NCBI GenBank assembly: GCA_963843575.1
Contig: CAWJKZ010000012.1
Coordinates: forward strand, 1-64,000
Reading direction: 5' to 3'
DNA length: 64,000 nucleotides
Source of the DNA: an uncultured Acidobacteriota bacterium
GTDB taxonomy: Bacteria > Acidobacteriota > UBA6911
Positions 32,002-42,134 of this stretch are shown piece by piece. The notes under the pieces were generated by a model. It did not search any database and was not told the origin of the DNA. It saw nothing but the letters and a program-made list of their open reading frames with translations. The translations under genes were made by a program, and so were the position numbers. Within the stretch, counting starts at the first letter, position 1. Each line of letters begins with the position of its first letter.

Positions 32002-32847
32002 TCAGAATTTCAGGACGACTTCTTCGGGGATGCTCTTCCCTTTCGGGAGTCGCAGGGTGAACCCTTTGACTGTTGCCGGCCGGTCTTTCAGCGAAAAGAA
32101 GAGGAACCTGTCGCGGTTCATCGACGACGGGATCGGGTCGGTCGTGTGCGCCTTGTCGTTGAAGTCCTTCTCCACGAGCTGCTTCTCAAACTGCGACAGA
32201 TCGCCGCCGCCGCCGCCCGGGTTGAGGACGATGGACGGTCCTCCCCAACCGCGCCTCCCATAGCCGCGGTTCCGCGGATCCGACGGGTCGTAGCGGGGGT
32301 CATTGCGCGGGTCGCTCGGGTAGCGCGGGTCATTCCTGGGAAGCCTTGGGTCGTTTGGGTAGCGCGGGTCGATGCGCGGATCGTTGGCGACCGTGGGATC
32401 GTATCGGGGATCGTTGGGGTCGGTTCGCGGGTCGCGGGTTCCCGCCCCCGGTTGCACCGCCACGGGTCCCCCCTGCTTCTTGGCCTCCGCGCTGACCACC
32501 ATCCCCTCGAGCACGGCCCGCGCCACCGTGTCGGGACCTATCAAGGGCACTTCGCCCCCATCGGGCCCAAGCAGCTGCAGATCTCCCGGAAGCTCCACTT
32601 CCACTTTCCCCGCGTTAAAGACGGCGAGGCGCACGGCCACGATATCCGACGGACTGAGCTCCTTGTAGAAAAAGTCTTTCTGGTCCTTCCCATCCAGCAG
32701 CAGGTCGGCGGCATAGACTACACCCCCGACCGTGGTGCGCGCCTGAAACTGCTCGGCTTTTTTCGCCTTGACCAGCTTCACCTTGAAACCGGCGAATGCG
32801 CCCACTGAGAAAAGCAACATCGCTAAAATCACTGCACGGTTTCTCAT
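32002..32847 (-). CDS. Exported hypothetical protein with an internal DPR tandem-repeat tract
   Basis: GGAGG RBS and signal peptide MRNRAVILAMLLFSVGAFA; about 8 DPR units sit between two globular segments. Confidence 0.75.
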   Translation of the reverse strand: MRNRAVILAMLLFSVGAFAGFKVKLVKAKKAEQFQARTTVGGVVYAADLLLDGKDQKDFFYKELSPSDIVAVRLAVFNAGKVEVELPGDLQLLGPDGGEVPLIGPDTVARAVLEGMVVSAEAKKQGGPVAVQPGAGTRDPRTDPNDPRYDPTVANDPRIDPRYPNDPRLPRNDPRYPSDPRNDPRYDPSDPRNRGYGRRGWGGPSIVLNPGGGGGDLSQFEKQLVEKDFNDKAHTTDPIPSSMNRDRFLFFSLKDRPATVKGFTLRLPKGKSIPEEVVLKF

Positions 32848-33006
32848 CAGAACCTCCGCCGGGCTGCTGCGCATATTCTGAACCATTCGCAGATCCTTAT
32901 CTATCACAAACGCGGGCGGGCACATCCCTGCAACCAGGCCGCTTGTGCAAGGTGTTCTGCCTTGAAGTTTGTCCCCCGAACGGTTCTAATCGGCGCGGAG
33001 GCGCAT

Positions 33007-34556
33007 ATGCACTGGATGGGATTGGATGTCGGCACGACCGGCTCGCGGGCGGTCATCGTGGACGAAGCGGGGAGCGTCGTCGCGGCTGCTTCCGCCGACC
33101 ACGCACCCATGGCTCAGCCTCAACCGACATGGGCGGAGCAGGACCCGGAGGACTGGTGGCGCGCGGCCCAGGAGGCGATCCGGGCGGCCCTGACCGAGGC
33201 CGGCCTCTCCGGCAGCGACATCGCCGGACTCGGCATGTCGGGCCAGATGCACGGCGCGGTGCTGCTCGACGGGCAGCACGAGGTCATCCGGCCGGCGATC
33301 ATCTGGTGTGACCAGCGCAGCCAGGAGCAGGCGGACTGGTTTACGGAAAGAATCGGGGCCGAGAGGCTGAAGGAGATCACCTGCAATCCTGCCCTCACCG
33401 GATTCACCGTTCCGAAACTCCTCTGGGTGAGGGACCACGAGCCGGCGAACTTCGAACGGCTCCGCATGCTGCTGCTCCCGAAAGACTACGTCCGGTTCCG
33501 CCTGACGGGCGATTTCGCCACCGAAGTGTCGGACGCCGCGGGCACCCTGCTGCTCGACGTGCCCGGGCGACGGTGGTCGCAGGAAATCCTGTCGGCGCTG
33601 GACCTGACGACCGGCCAGCTCCCGTCGGTGGCGGAATCCCCCGGGACCACGACCCGCATCAGCATGCAGGCGGCCGCGTCGACGGGACTCCGCGCCGGAA
33701 CTCCGGTCGCGGGTGGCGGAGGGGATCAGGCGGCGGGCGGGGTGGGCAACGGCGTCGTCGAGCCCGGGATCGTCAGCTCGACGATCGGCACGAGCGGCGT
33801 CGTGTTCGCCTACACGGACGCACCACACCTCGACCCTCAGGGACGGGTCCACACATTCTGCCACGCCGTTCCGGGGCGCTGGCACGTCATGGGCGTCACC
33901 CAGGGTGCCGGCCTTTCCCTCCGCTGGTTCCGCGACAATCTCGCCACGCGGGAGGCGGAGGAGGCCAGGGCGGCCGGCAAGGACGTCTACGACGCCCTGG
34001 TGCGCGAGGCTGCCATGGCCCCGCCCGGGTGCGAGGGACTGGTGTACTTGCCCTACCTCATGGGCGAACGAACGCCCCACCTGGACCCGTTCGCCCGCGG
34101 CGTGTTCTTCGGCCTGACGGCCCGACACACGCGCGCCCACATGATCCGCGCGATCCTGGAAGGCGTGGCTTACTCGCTGCGCGACTCCCTGGAGATCTTC
34201 GGCGCGATGGGAGTCCCCGTGCGGCAGGTGCGCGCCTCCGGTGGCGGAGGCCGCAGCCTCCTGTGGCGGCAGATCCAGGCCGACGTCTTCAATCGCGAGA
34301 TGGTCACCACCAACTCGACCGAGGGCTCCGCCTACGGCGCGGCGCTGATCGCGGCGACCGGCACCGGCGGGTTTGCGTCGGTCGAGGAAGCCTGCCGGGC
34401 ATGCATCCGGGTCACGGAGCACTGCGAGCCCGCTCCCGCGGCGGCCGCGTCTACGACGAGTACTATCGCGTCTACCGCGACCTGTATCCACGGCTCAAGG
34501 AGAGCTACAGGGCGGTGGCGGATATCGGGCGGGGTCGGGCCGAGGCGTCCGAATAA
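33007..34556 (+). CDS. xylB: Xylulokinase (FGGY family); frameshift near 34440
   Basis: GLDVGTTG, EQDPEDWW, SGQMHG, WCDQRS, LLPKDY, GGGDQAAG, PYLMGERTPH and GGGGRSLLWRQIQAD. Confidence 0.9.
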
Positions 34557-34606
34557 AACGCACCCGCCGCGGGTAGAATCTCAGGCAAAGGTGGAGGGTC
34601 CCATGC

Positions 34607-34828
34607 ATGGGTTTCGGAAGGCAGGAGGAGCCCGAGAGCGTCCGCATTCTCGGCAACGAGCTCGAGTGCGAAATCTGCCACCACAAGAGATTCTGGCAGA
34701 GGAAGGCTCAACTGAACACGGCGGTAGCCACCTTTTTCAACTTCGACTGGGCCAACCGGAGCGCCAGTTGCATCATATGCGAGCGCTGCGGCCACATTTA
34801 CTGGTTCCTCCCACCGAAAGAGGAGTGA
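34607..34828 (+). CDS. Small zinc-ribbon protein
   Basis: CEICHH...CERCGH pairs around LNTAVATFFNFDWAN; GGAGG RBS. Confidence 0.75.
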   Translation: MGFGRQEEPESVRILGNELECEICHHKRFWQRKAQLNTAVATFFNFDWANRSASCIICERCGHIYWFLPPKEE

Positions 34829-34841
34829 CCGGGAGTTTCGC

Positions 34842-35589
34842 TCACAACCGCGCCGTCCAGCTGACGATCTGATAGAAGAGGCGCGCGTACCAGCTTCCGA
34901 CTTCGATAGGGTTGGCGCCGTCGCCGCAGGCCGACACGCGCTCGTCCCCCCAATCGACGAGCCCTCCCACCCAATGGGGGGCGACGTCGCTGGCGAAGGC
35001 GGTGACGCGTCCCCGACCGTGTTCGCCGACCACCAGGAGCGGCGCCCTGATCCCCGGGAGCGAACTCGTACCCTTCGGCTCCGCGGGAGACGCGGAACTG
35101 CCGGGCCGAGAGGACCTCGACGGCGCCCGACTTCGCGGCGAGCCGGTTGTACCCGCCAATCCCCGGGCAGACCGCATCGAACGGCAGGCCGGCCACGGTG
35201 GGGTGCGGCGCCCGCAACTCGACCAGGCAGGGCTGCGGGCAGTTCACGCGGTCGTCGGCAGGTTCGAGCGCGACGGGGAGCACGTCGCGCAGGACGGTCC
35301 GACCGTAGTCCCCTCCCGCGCCCGTGAAGGACTCCCACCCGCCTATCATCAGGAGCCCCAGACCCGAGTCGATCCGCGCGGCCAAGTCCTCCAGTTGCCC
35401 GCCGGTAAACATCCTGGCCGGATAGTCGCTCAAGACCACGGCGCCGTACCCTGCGCGCTCCAGCGACGGGAACGGCTGATCGGAGGCAACATAGTCGAAC
35501 GTGACCCTGAAGTGCTGCATCACCCCCGCCAGGTAGCTCGCCGCTTCCCGCAGTGCGGTGTCGCCCACATAGAGTATTTGTTTTCTCAT
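34842..35589 (-). CDS. Class I glutamine amidotransferase-like (DUF1355-type) protein; frameshift near 35050
   Basis: ILYVGD, VVLSDYPA, GLLMIGGWESFTG, VLPV and GRGRVTAFASDVAPHW. Confidence 0.75.
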
Positions 35590-35634
35590 GGGGGCAGTAT
35601 ATCCGGGTGTGCCGCCCGCGCAAATAAATCGGGT

Positions 35635-35706
35635 GCCGAGCCCGTACGCCGACGCACGCCGAGGAAGCGCCGACCGGACATGCGCGTCGGCGCAAGTCGG
35701 CGTACG
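35635..35706. repeat. GCCGAC-unit periodic palindrome upstream of pfp
   Basis: CGTACGCCGAC (35643-35653) and GTCGGCGTACG (35696-35706) form a perfect IR, with nested GCGCCGAC/GTCGGCGC; four GCCGA units on the left arm. Confidence 0.55.
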
Positions 35707-35800
35707 CGCCCGGACTGCACATTGCAGGGCGTGGGCGGGATTTGCTAGACTGCGCGGGAAATACGTCAGTTTCGAACCAGTTCGTGCGGGAGAAATCCAA

Positions 35801-37028
35801 ATGCTCAAAGGTAATGCCATCATTGGACAGTCAGGTGGGCCGACGTCGGTGATCAACGCCAGCCTCGCCGGAGTCGTCGAGGCGGCCCAGGGGTTCGCGG
35901 GCATCGGCAGCATCCTCGGGATGCGCTGGGGCATCGAGGGCTTCATGGCCGAGAACGTCGTCGACCTCTCCGGGCTTGTCGCCCGAATTCATCGCCACCC
36001 TGAAGAAGACGCCCTCGAGCGCCCTGGGCAGCAGCCGCCACAAGCTGAAAGCGCCCGACCTCCCGGTCGTGTTCGAGGTTCTCGAAGAAGTACGACATCC
36101 GCTACGTGTTCCTGATCGGCGGCAACGACACGATGGACACGATCCACCGGGTCGAGGAATACGCCCGGCAGCAACGGCTACGAGTTGATCGGCATCGGCG
36201 TGCCGAAGACGGTCGACAACGATCTCTTCGGCACCGACCACACGCCGGGGTTCCCCAGCGCCGCCCGCTATGTCGCGATCTCGGTGCAGCAGGCCGGCAT
36301 CCTGGCGCGCGACATGCAGAAGGTGGATCAGTTCGTCATCTTTCAGTCGGTGGGCCGCTCCGCGGGCTGGCTCGCGCCTCGTCGGCGCTCGCCAAGAAGG
36401 CGCCCGAGGAGCCGCCGCACATTCTCTGCCTGCCGGAGCACCCGTTCGACCGCGACCAGTTCCTGGCCCAGCGTGAAGTCCTGCCACGAGAAGTACGGCT
36501 GGGTCAGCATCGTCTGCGGCGAAGGGGTGAGCTATCCCGACGGCACCCCCGTTTCGGCCTCGCGCGTGAAAGACAAGTTCAGCAACGTCGAGTTCGGCGC
36601 CATGGGCGGCACGAGCGCCGCAATGGCGCTGCACCGCATGATCTCCGACGAGTTCGGGTTCCGCGGCGAGTTCCAGGTCACCGAATCGCTGCCCATGTGC
36701 GCGGCCGACCGCGCCTCAGCCATCGACGTCGAAGAGGCGGCCCTGTGCGGCCGGAAGGCCGTCGAACTCGCCGCCGAGGGAGTCACGGGCCTCATGGTCA
36801 CCCTTGTCCGGCAGCCGGGCCCGGGATACCGCTGCACCACCGGCACGGCCGACCTCTCGGAGGTGGCCGTCAAAGCCAAGCCGATGCCGGCCGAATACCT
36901 CACCGAGGACGGAACCTTCGTCACCCAGGCCTTCCTCGATTACGTCAGGCCGTCTGGTCGGGCCCTTGCCCGAATATGCCAACCTGCCCTTTATAAAATT
37001 CAATCCTGTCCGGAGCGCATCCAAATGA
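35801..37028 (+). CDS. pfp: Phosphofructokinase, probably PPi-dependent; several frameshifts
   Basis: GQSGGPTSVINAS, ALGSSR, IGGNDTMD (Asp at the PPi-specificity position), PKTVDNDL (Lys), GRSAGWL; stop overlaps the next start (ATGA). Confidence 0.85.
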
Positions 37029-38041
37029 ACCAACAGCCAAAGTACTCGCAGTTCGCACTCGTTCGGGAGATGCTGGAGACTCCCGGTATTATCCGCAACT
37101 TCAAGACTGCGGGGGGCCGAAGAGACCGCCCGCGCCATCAAGGAAACCGGCAGACTGTTCTTCACGGGCGAAGGCTCGAGCCGCATCTTCCCCGCCAAGA
37201 ACGCCATGACCCAGGCGCTGCGGACCGGCCTCGACCTGCACCTCGCCACCGAGGGCGCCCGCCAGGCGCACGAATACCAACTCGACAAGTTCGTCGTCTT
37301 CGGCGCGTCCAACAGCGGCCAGACCAAGGAAGTCATCTCGCTGTTCGACAAGCTCGGCAAGGCGGGCCACGGAAAGCTTTTCGGGCTCACCGCCAACCAG
37401 AACACCAAGCTGGAGTCGCTGGCCAACAAGACCTTCATCCTGAGCTGCGGCAAGGAAGACGCCGTCGCCGCCACCAAGAGCGTGACCGAACAGGCGCTCT
37501 TCTACGAGTCGCTGCTCGCCCTCGTGCAGGGGCGCAGTCTCGACGCCAAGCTCCCCATGTCTGGCCGACGCCTATGAAGGCGCCCTTACCACCGCCGTCG
37601 CTCCCGCGATAACCGACGCAATCGCGCGCGCAGGCACCATCTACTTTGCCGGACGCAACGACGGCGTGGCCGAGGAACTGACGCTCAAGACCAACGAGAT
37701 CACACGCAAGAAGAGCGACTACCTCGAAGGCACCTACGCCGTGCACGGTATCGAAGAGGTCATGAATCCCGACGACGTCGTGATCCTCATCAACCCCTTC
37801 CCTGCAGAGGTGGAGAAGATCAGGGAGACCCTCGTCAAGGGGGTCGGGTTGAAGGTATTTGCGGTGGCTTCCGGGGAGACCATCTTCCCCACCGTGAAAG
37901 TCCCGGACGCCGGGGAACTCTCCGCCCTACGTCTGCCTGGCGGCCGGCTGGAACCTCCTGATCGAGGTCGGAACGGCCCTTGGGATCAACCTCGACAAGC
38001 CGGTCCGGGCGCGGAAAGTCGGCAACGAGTTTCTTGGCTAA
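37025..38041 (+). CDS. Double SIS-domain protein (GlmS isomerase half / GlmD-like); frameshifted
   Basis: REMLETP, FFTGEGSSR, SNSGQTKE, EDAVAATKS, AEELTLKTNEI, EGTYAVHGIEE and LGINLDKPVRARKV; no glutaminase domain. Confidence 0.82.
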
Positions 38042-38048
38042 CAAACCC

Positions 38049-38132
38049 ACGAGCCTTCGAGATCTTCGAGCCTTCAAGGTAAACTGCAAGAACTTACCTC
38101 GAAGGCTCGAAAAATAAAGGGAATCTCGAAGG
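38049..38132. repeat. CTTCGAG-unit periodic palindrome between the SIS and GlmU-like genes
   Basis: TTCGAGCCTTCAAGGTAA (38065-38082) and TTACCTCGAAGGCTCGAA (38094-38111) match at 17/18; extra CTTCGAG/CTCGAAG units flank them. Confidence 0.6.
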
Positions 38133-38157
38133 ACCTTCTGATTTTTCCTGAGGTAAA

Positions 38158-39369
38158 GTGCGCGCGAGCGAGCTCACGGAACGTGGCGTCGTGATTCCTT
38201 GCGTCGACGCCGTTGAAATCGGGCCCGAAGTCGACCTGGGCCGGATCGCCGCCGGCGTCGTCATCCACGCCGGGTGCCGGCTGTCGGGCGCCGGGACCTC
38301 CATCGGCCCGGGGTGCGAGATCGGATCCGAGGCCCCCGCCACCGTCGAGAACTGCCAGCTCGGCCGGCGGGTCAAGCTGAAGGGGGGGTATTACTCGGGC
38401 TCGACCTTTCTCGACGACTCGACCTTCGGGAGCGGCGCGCACGTGCGCGCCGGCACGTTGCTGGAGGAAGGCGTCATCGCGGCGCACGCGGTCGGGATGA
38501 AGCAGACGGTCTTCCTGCCGTTTGTGGTGGCCGGAAGTCTCATCAACTTCTGCGACGCGCTCGTGGCCGGGGGCACCGGCAACAAGGACCACAGCGAGAT
38601 CGGCTCGTCGTACATCCACTTCAATTTCACCCCACACCAGGACAAGGCCACGGCTTCCCTCGTCGGCGACGTGCCGCGTGGGGTGATGCTCGGAGAACGC
38701 CCCATCTTCCTGGGCGGCCAGGGCGGACTTATCGGCCCCGTGCGCATCGAGTACGGAACGGTAATCCCCGCCGGCACGATCTGCCGCCACGACATCCTCG
38801 TCGGCAACCAGCTGTTTGCGCCCGGGGCCGCCGCGTTCCGGGAGCCGCAGAATTACCTGGGGGGTCTCTACCGCGGGATCGGGCGCATCGTCCGAAACAA
38901 CCGAATCTACATCGGCAACATCTGGGCGCTGCGCACGTGGTACTCCAGGGTCCGGGCGAGTCTCATGAATGGGGACCCCTTTTCGGCCGCCTGCTTGAAA
39001 GGCGCGCTCAACCGACTAGACGAGATCCTGGAAGAACGCGTGAAGCGCCTCCGGGAGCTGGCCGGCAAGATGCCGCGCTCACTGGAGCTCGCGCGTTCCC
39101 AAATGGGCGCCGACCTCGAGGCGGAGCCGTATGCGGGGCAGAAGAAGTTCATCGGCGCGTGGCCGCGGATCGAGGCGGGCCTCAGGGCCGCGCCGCCCGA
39201 GACCACCGGCGCCCAGCCGCGCGACATCTTCCTCGGCGAATGGGAGCGCATCGACAGGGGCGCGAGCTACCCGGAAGCCGTCAGGCGCATCAGCCCGCAG
39301 GCCCGCTCGGCAGCCACGACCTGGCTTCAGTCTATCGTCGATCTGTACAGCGGCGGCCACACAGCCTGA
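38158..39369 (+). CDS. GlmU-like left-handed beta-helix acetyltransferase lacking the N-terminal uridylyltransferase domain
   Basis: Starts at the GlmU linker/LbH region (LTERGVVIP...VEIGPEV); hexapeptide repeats, AHVRAGT, SLINFCD, IHFNF, FLGGQGGLIGPVRI; long helical C-terminal extension; adjacent to glmM. Confidence 0.75.
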   Translation: MRASELTERGVVIPCVDAVEIGPEVDLGRIAAGVVIHAGCRLSGAGTSIGPGCEIGSEAPATVENCQLGRRVKLKGGYYSGSTFLDDSTFGSGAHVRAGTLLEEGVIAAHAVGMKQTVFLPFVVAGSLINFCDALVAGGTGNKDHSEIGSSYIHFNFTPHQDKATASLVGDVPRGVMLGERPIFLGGQGGLIGPVRIEYGTVIPAGTICRHDILVGNQLFAPGAAAFREPQNYLGGLYRGIGRIVRNNRIYIGNIWALRTWYSRVRASLMNGDPFSAACLKGALNRLDEILEERVKRLRELAGKMPRSLELARSQMGADLEAEPYAGQKKFIGAWPRIEAGLRAAPPETTGAQPRDIFLGEWERIDRGASYPEAVRRISPQARSAATTWLQSIVDLYSGGHTA

Positions 39370-39418
39370 CGGCAGGCCCGAATGCCGGCGGAGACCGGGA
39401 AGGCGGCGAGGAGAGATC

Positions 39419-40789
39419 ATGGGGCGATTGTTCGGTACGGACGGTGTCCGGGGTGTGGCGAATGTCCCGCCCATGACGGCCGAGATGGTACTCGATATCG
39501 GCAGGGCTACGGCCTTCGTCTGCAAGAGACACGAAGGCCGACGCCACAACATCGTCATCGGCAAGGACACGCGCATTTCCGGATACATGCTCGAAAGCGC
39601 CCTGACCGCAGGCATCTGCTCCATGGGGGTGGACGTGCTGCTCGTCGGGCCCATGACGACCCCGGGCATCGCCTTCATCACACGGAGCATGCGCGCCGAC
39701 GCCGGGATGGTGATCTCGGCATCCCACAATCCCTACCAAGACAACGGCATCAAGATCTTCTCACGCGACGGCTACAAGCTGCCGGACTCCGTCGAAGACG
39801 AGATCGAAGCCCTGATCACCTCGGGACGGATCAAAGACATCCGCCCCACCGCGGGTGAGATCGGCAAGGCCAGGCGCATCGAAGACGCCCTGGGCCGCTA
39901 CATCGTCTTCTGCAAGGACGCCTTCCCCGAGAACCAGAGCCTCGAGGGGATGAACGTCGTCATCGACTGCGCCAATGGGGCCACGTACAAGGCCGCCCCC
40001 ATCATCTTTTCAGAACTCGGCGCGGACGTGCACGCGATCCACTGCGAACCGAACGGCATGAACATAAACGAAAATTGCGGCTCGCAGCACACCCGCAGTC
40101 TGTCGGATGCGGTACGCAGCCACGGCGCGCACGTCGGCCTCGCGTTTGACGGCGACGGGGACAGGCTGATCGCCATCGACGAGAAGGGCCAGGAAATCAC
40201 GGGCGATCACGTCCTGGCGATCTGCAGCAAGCGGTACAAGGAAAACGGACGCCTGCGGAACAACCTGGTGGTGACGACCGTCATGAGCAACTTCGGGTTT
40301 CTGGCGTTCCTCAGGGAGATGGGGATCGGGCACGCCGCCTGCAAGGTTGGGGACCGGTACGTGCTCGAGATGATGGTGGACAAGGGCGCGGTCATCGGCG
40401 GTGAACCGTCCGGACACATGATCTTCCTCGACCACCACACGACCGGCGACGGGGTCATCTCGGCGCTGCAGCTGCTCTCGGCCCTCCAGGCCTCGGGCAA
40501 ACCGCTATCGGAGCTCGCGGACATCATGCGGCTGTCGCCGCAGAAGACGATCAACGTCGAGGTAAGCCGCAAGCCGCCGTTGGAGGAACTGCCGGAACTG
40601 CAGAGCGCCATCCGGCAGGCGGAGTCGGAGTTGGACGGACGCGGCAGGGTGCTGATCCGCTACTCGGGCACCCAGTCGCTGTGCCGTGTCATGGTCGAAG
40701 GCCCGGACGACGAGGTCACGAACCGGCTCGCGGCCGAGCTCGCCGGAACCGTGCAGCGCCTCGCGGGCAGCATCGAGCCCGGCCAATAG
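39419..40789 (+). CDS. glmM: Phosphoglucosamine mutase
   Basis: LFGTDGVRG, GKDTRISG, ISASHNPYQDNGIK, DGDGDR, VGDRYV, GGEPSGH and RYSGT. Confidence 0.95.
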   Translation: MGRLFGTDGVRGVANVPPMTAEMVLDIGRATAFVCKRHEGRRHNIVIGKDTRISGYMLESALTAGICSMGVDVLLVGPMTTPGIAFITRSMRADAGMVISASHNPYQDNGIKIFSRDGYKLPDSVEDEIEALITSGRIKDIRPTAGEIGKARRIEDALGRYIVFCKDAFPENQSLEGMNVVIDCANGATYKAAPIIFSELGADVHAIHCEPNGMNINENCGSQHTRSLSDAVRSHGAHVGLAFDGDGDRLIAIDEKGQEITGDHVLAICSKRYKENGRLRNNLVVTTVMSNFGFLAFLREMGIGHAACKVGDRYVLEMMVDKGAVIGGEPSGHMIFLDHHTTGDGVISALQLLSALQASGKPLSELADIMRLSPQKTINVEVSRKPPLEELPELQSAIRQAESELDGRGRVLIRYSGTQSLCRVMVEGPDDEVTNRLAAELAGTVQRLAGSIEPGQ

Positions 40790-40801
40790 CACGGGCTCCG
40801 G

Positions 40802-41704
40802 TCAGTAGATCTCCTCCCCCTCCTCCCGCGTGTAAAACAGGTGCAGCGATTCGCCGTCGCTCCCGTCCTGGGTATCGAGCAGCCGGGCCTCGGCCTGCGC
40901 GCGGTGATCCAGCGCCTGTCGCTCCAGCGCCTTGAGCTTCGCGCCAATCCCGTGATCGTCGACCAGCCGCTTGACCCGCTGAAACAGCCCGCGGCCGCCG
41001 CACAGGTACTGGCCCTCCCACAGGATCTTGCAGGCTACCATCGACTCGAACGTGTCGAAGCGCAGCTGGATGCACACCCTGGCTATATCCTTGACGACAT
41101 AATCGATCTCCTCCCGGTAATCCGGGTGCACGAGCAGGAAGTGCTTCCGCTTGTGGATCGCGTTGTCCAGTACGCTCAGAGCGCCGCGGTCGACTTCATC
41201 GACCGCGACTACTATGATGTCGAGGTCGGAGCCGCGCACCATCTGACCGGTGCTCCTCTCCGGCCGGGGCACCGTGTGGGACATGTCATAGGCGATGTCA
41301 CCGGCAATGATGAAGCAGACCTGCTCCATCAGGCCCCCAGGCTCCGGCAGCGTCGCCGCCACCGACTCCATCGTCTCGCGCGCGAGATTCCGCTTGTGCC
41401 GGCTGATCTCCCGGATTTCTTCCCGCAGCGTGCGGGCCTTCTCTTCCACTTCGGGGAACTGCCGCTCAATCCCCAGGACCGTGTATGTAAGAAACTCCCT
41501 CCGGATGGAAGGGGACAGCCGTGCGAAGCCCGGAACCGCCCGGTCGAGGCGCAGGAAGCGGGTCCCGGCGCCCGCAGAGCGGATTTCCGGAGATTTCCGG
41601 CAGCATTGCCAAGCCTGCAACACATCGAGCCGGGTCCGCTCCACCAGCTGCGCACCCGTTTGCGGTCCGTACTGTTGAAGCGTTGAAACAATCGTGGCTT
41701 CCAT
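40802..41704 (-). CDS. Hypothetical protein: N-terminal HTH-like segment plus Pol-beta-type nucleotidyltransferase-like domain
   Basis: IIAGDIAYD...GSDLDIIVV...EEIDYVV resembles the hG[SD]...DhD...D nucleotidyltransferase signature; clean 300-aa ORF. Confidence 0.65.
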   Translation of the reverse strand: MEATIVSTLQQYGPQTGAQLVERTRLDVLQAWQCCRKSPEIRSAGAGTRFLRLDRAVPGFARLSPSIRREFLTYTVLGIERQFPEVEEKARTLREEIREISRHKRNLARETMESVAATLPEPGGLMEQVCFIIAGDIAYDMSHTVPRPERSTGQMVRGSDLDIIVVAVDEVDRGALSVLDNAIHKRKHFLLVHPDYREEIDYVVKDIARVCIQLRFDTFESMVACKILWEGQYLCGGRGLFQRVKRLVDDHGIGAKLKALERQALDHRAQAEARLLDTQDGSDGESLHLFYTREEGEEIY

Positions 41705-41726
41705 GGCTTTCCGTGCCCGAGTGTGA

Positions 41727-41806
41727 GTCCGAGCTTCAGCCCGGACGTTGCTTGCGGTCGCTATATGCTCAGATCAAAAGACGTCCGGGCTGAAGCCCGG
41801 ACCCAC
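41727..41806. repeat. REPIN-like element, copy A
   Basis: GTCCGAGCTTCAGCCCGGAC...GTCCGGGCTGAAGCCCGGACCCAC: two inverted palindromic arms; spacer shared with copy B. Confidence 0.8.
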
Positions 41807-41821
41807 GTGTTTTGCGTCTAA

Positions 41822-42061
41822 GGTTTCGCGCAAGAATAGGTTCACATTTAGGCGCGAGCGCCGGGCGGGCAGATGCAAGGCGCCGCGACGCAGGCGATGT
41901 GGTGACATCGTCGAGGAGCGGCAACGCCGCAGATGCCCGCCCGCCGCCGCGCCCCGGAGGGCTGACGGCTCCGTCAATAACAATCTCCTATCTTTAGTTG
42001 CCGCATGATCTGTTGGCGCGGGAGCCGTCAGCAAAATGTGAAATTATTCTTGCGCGAACCC
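41822..42061. mobile_element. MITE-like non-autonomous element (240 bp)
   Basis: 28-bp terminal inverted repeats (41822-41849 / 42034-42061, 25/28 match), flanked on both sides by TAA; internal perfect IR GCTGACGGCTCC/GGAGCCGTCAGC; no credible ORF. Confidence 0.78.
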
Positions 42062-42134
42062 TAAGAGCATATCACGGTTCGCGGGAGCCTTTTTCTGGCG
42101 ATCGGGCGGTTCTGTTGGTATCCTCAATGCCACT

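Noticed and set aside
12011-32847. Integrated mobile island or prophage
   Set aside because: No integrase, att repeats, tRNA anchor or phage genes; content matches lineage-typical expanded families.
40802-41704. MNT-HEPN toxin-antitoxin or CBASS defence system
   Set aside because: No HEPN, effector or Cap gene is adjacent and the neighbours are metabolic.
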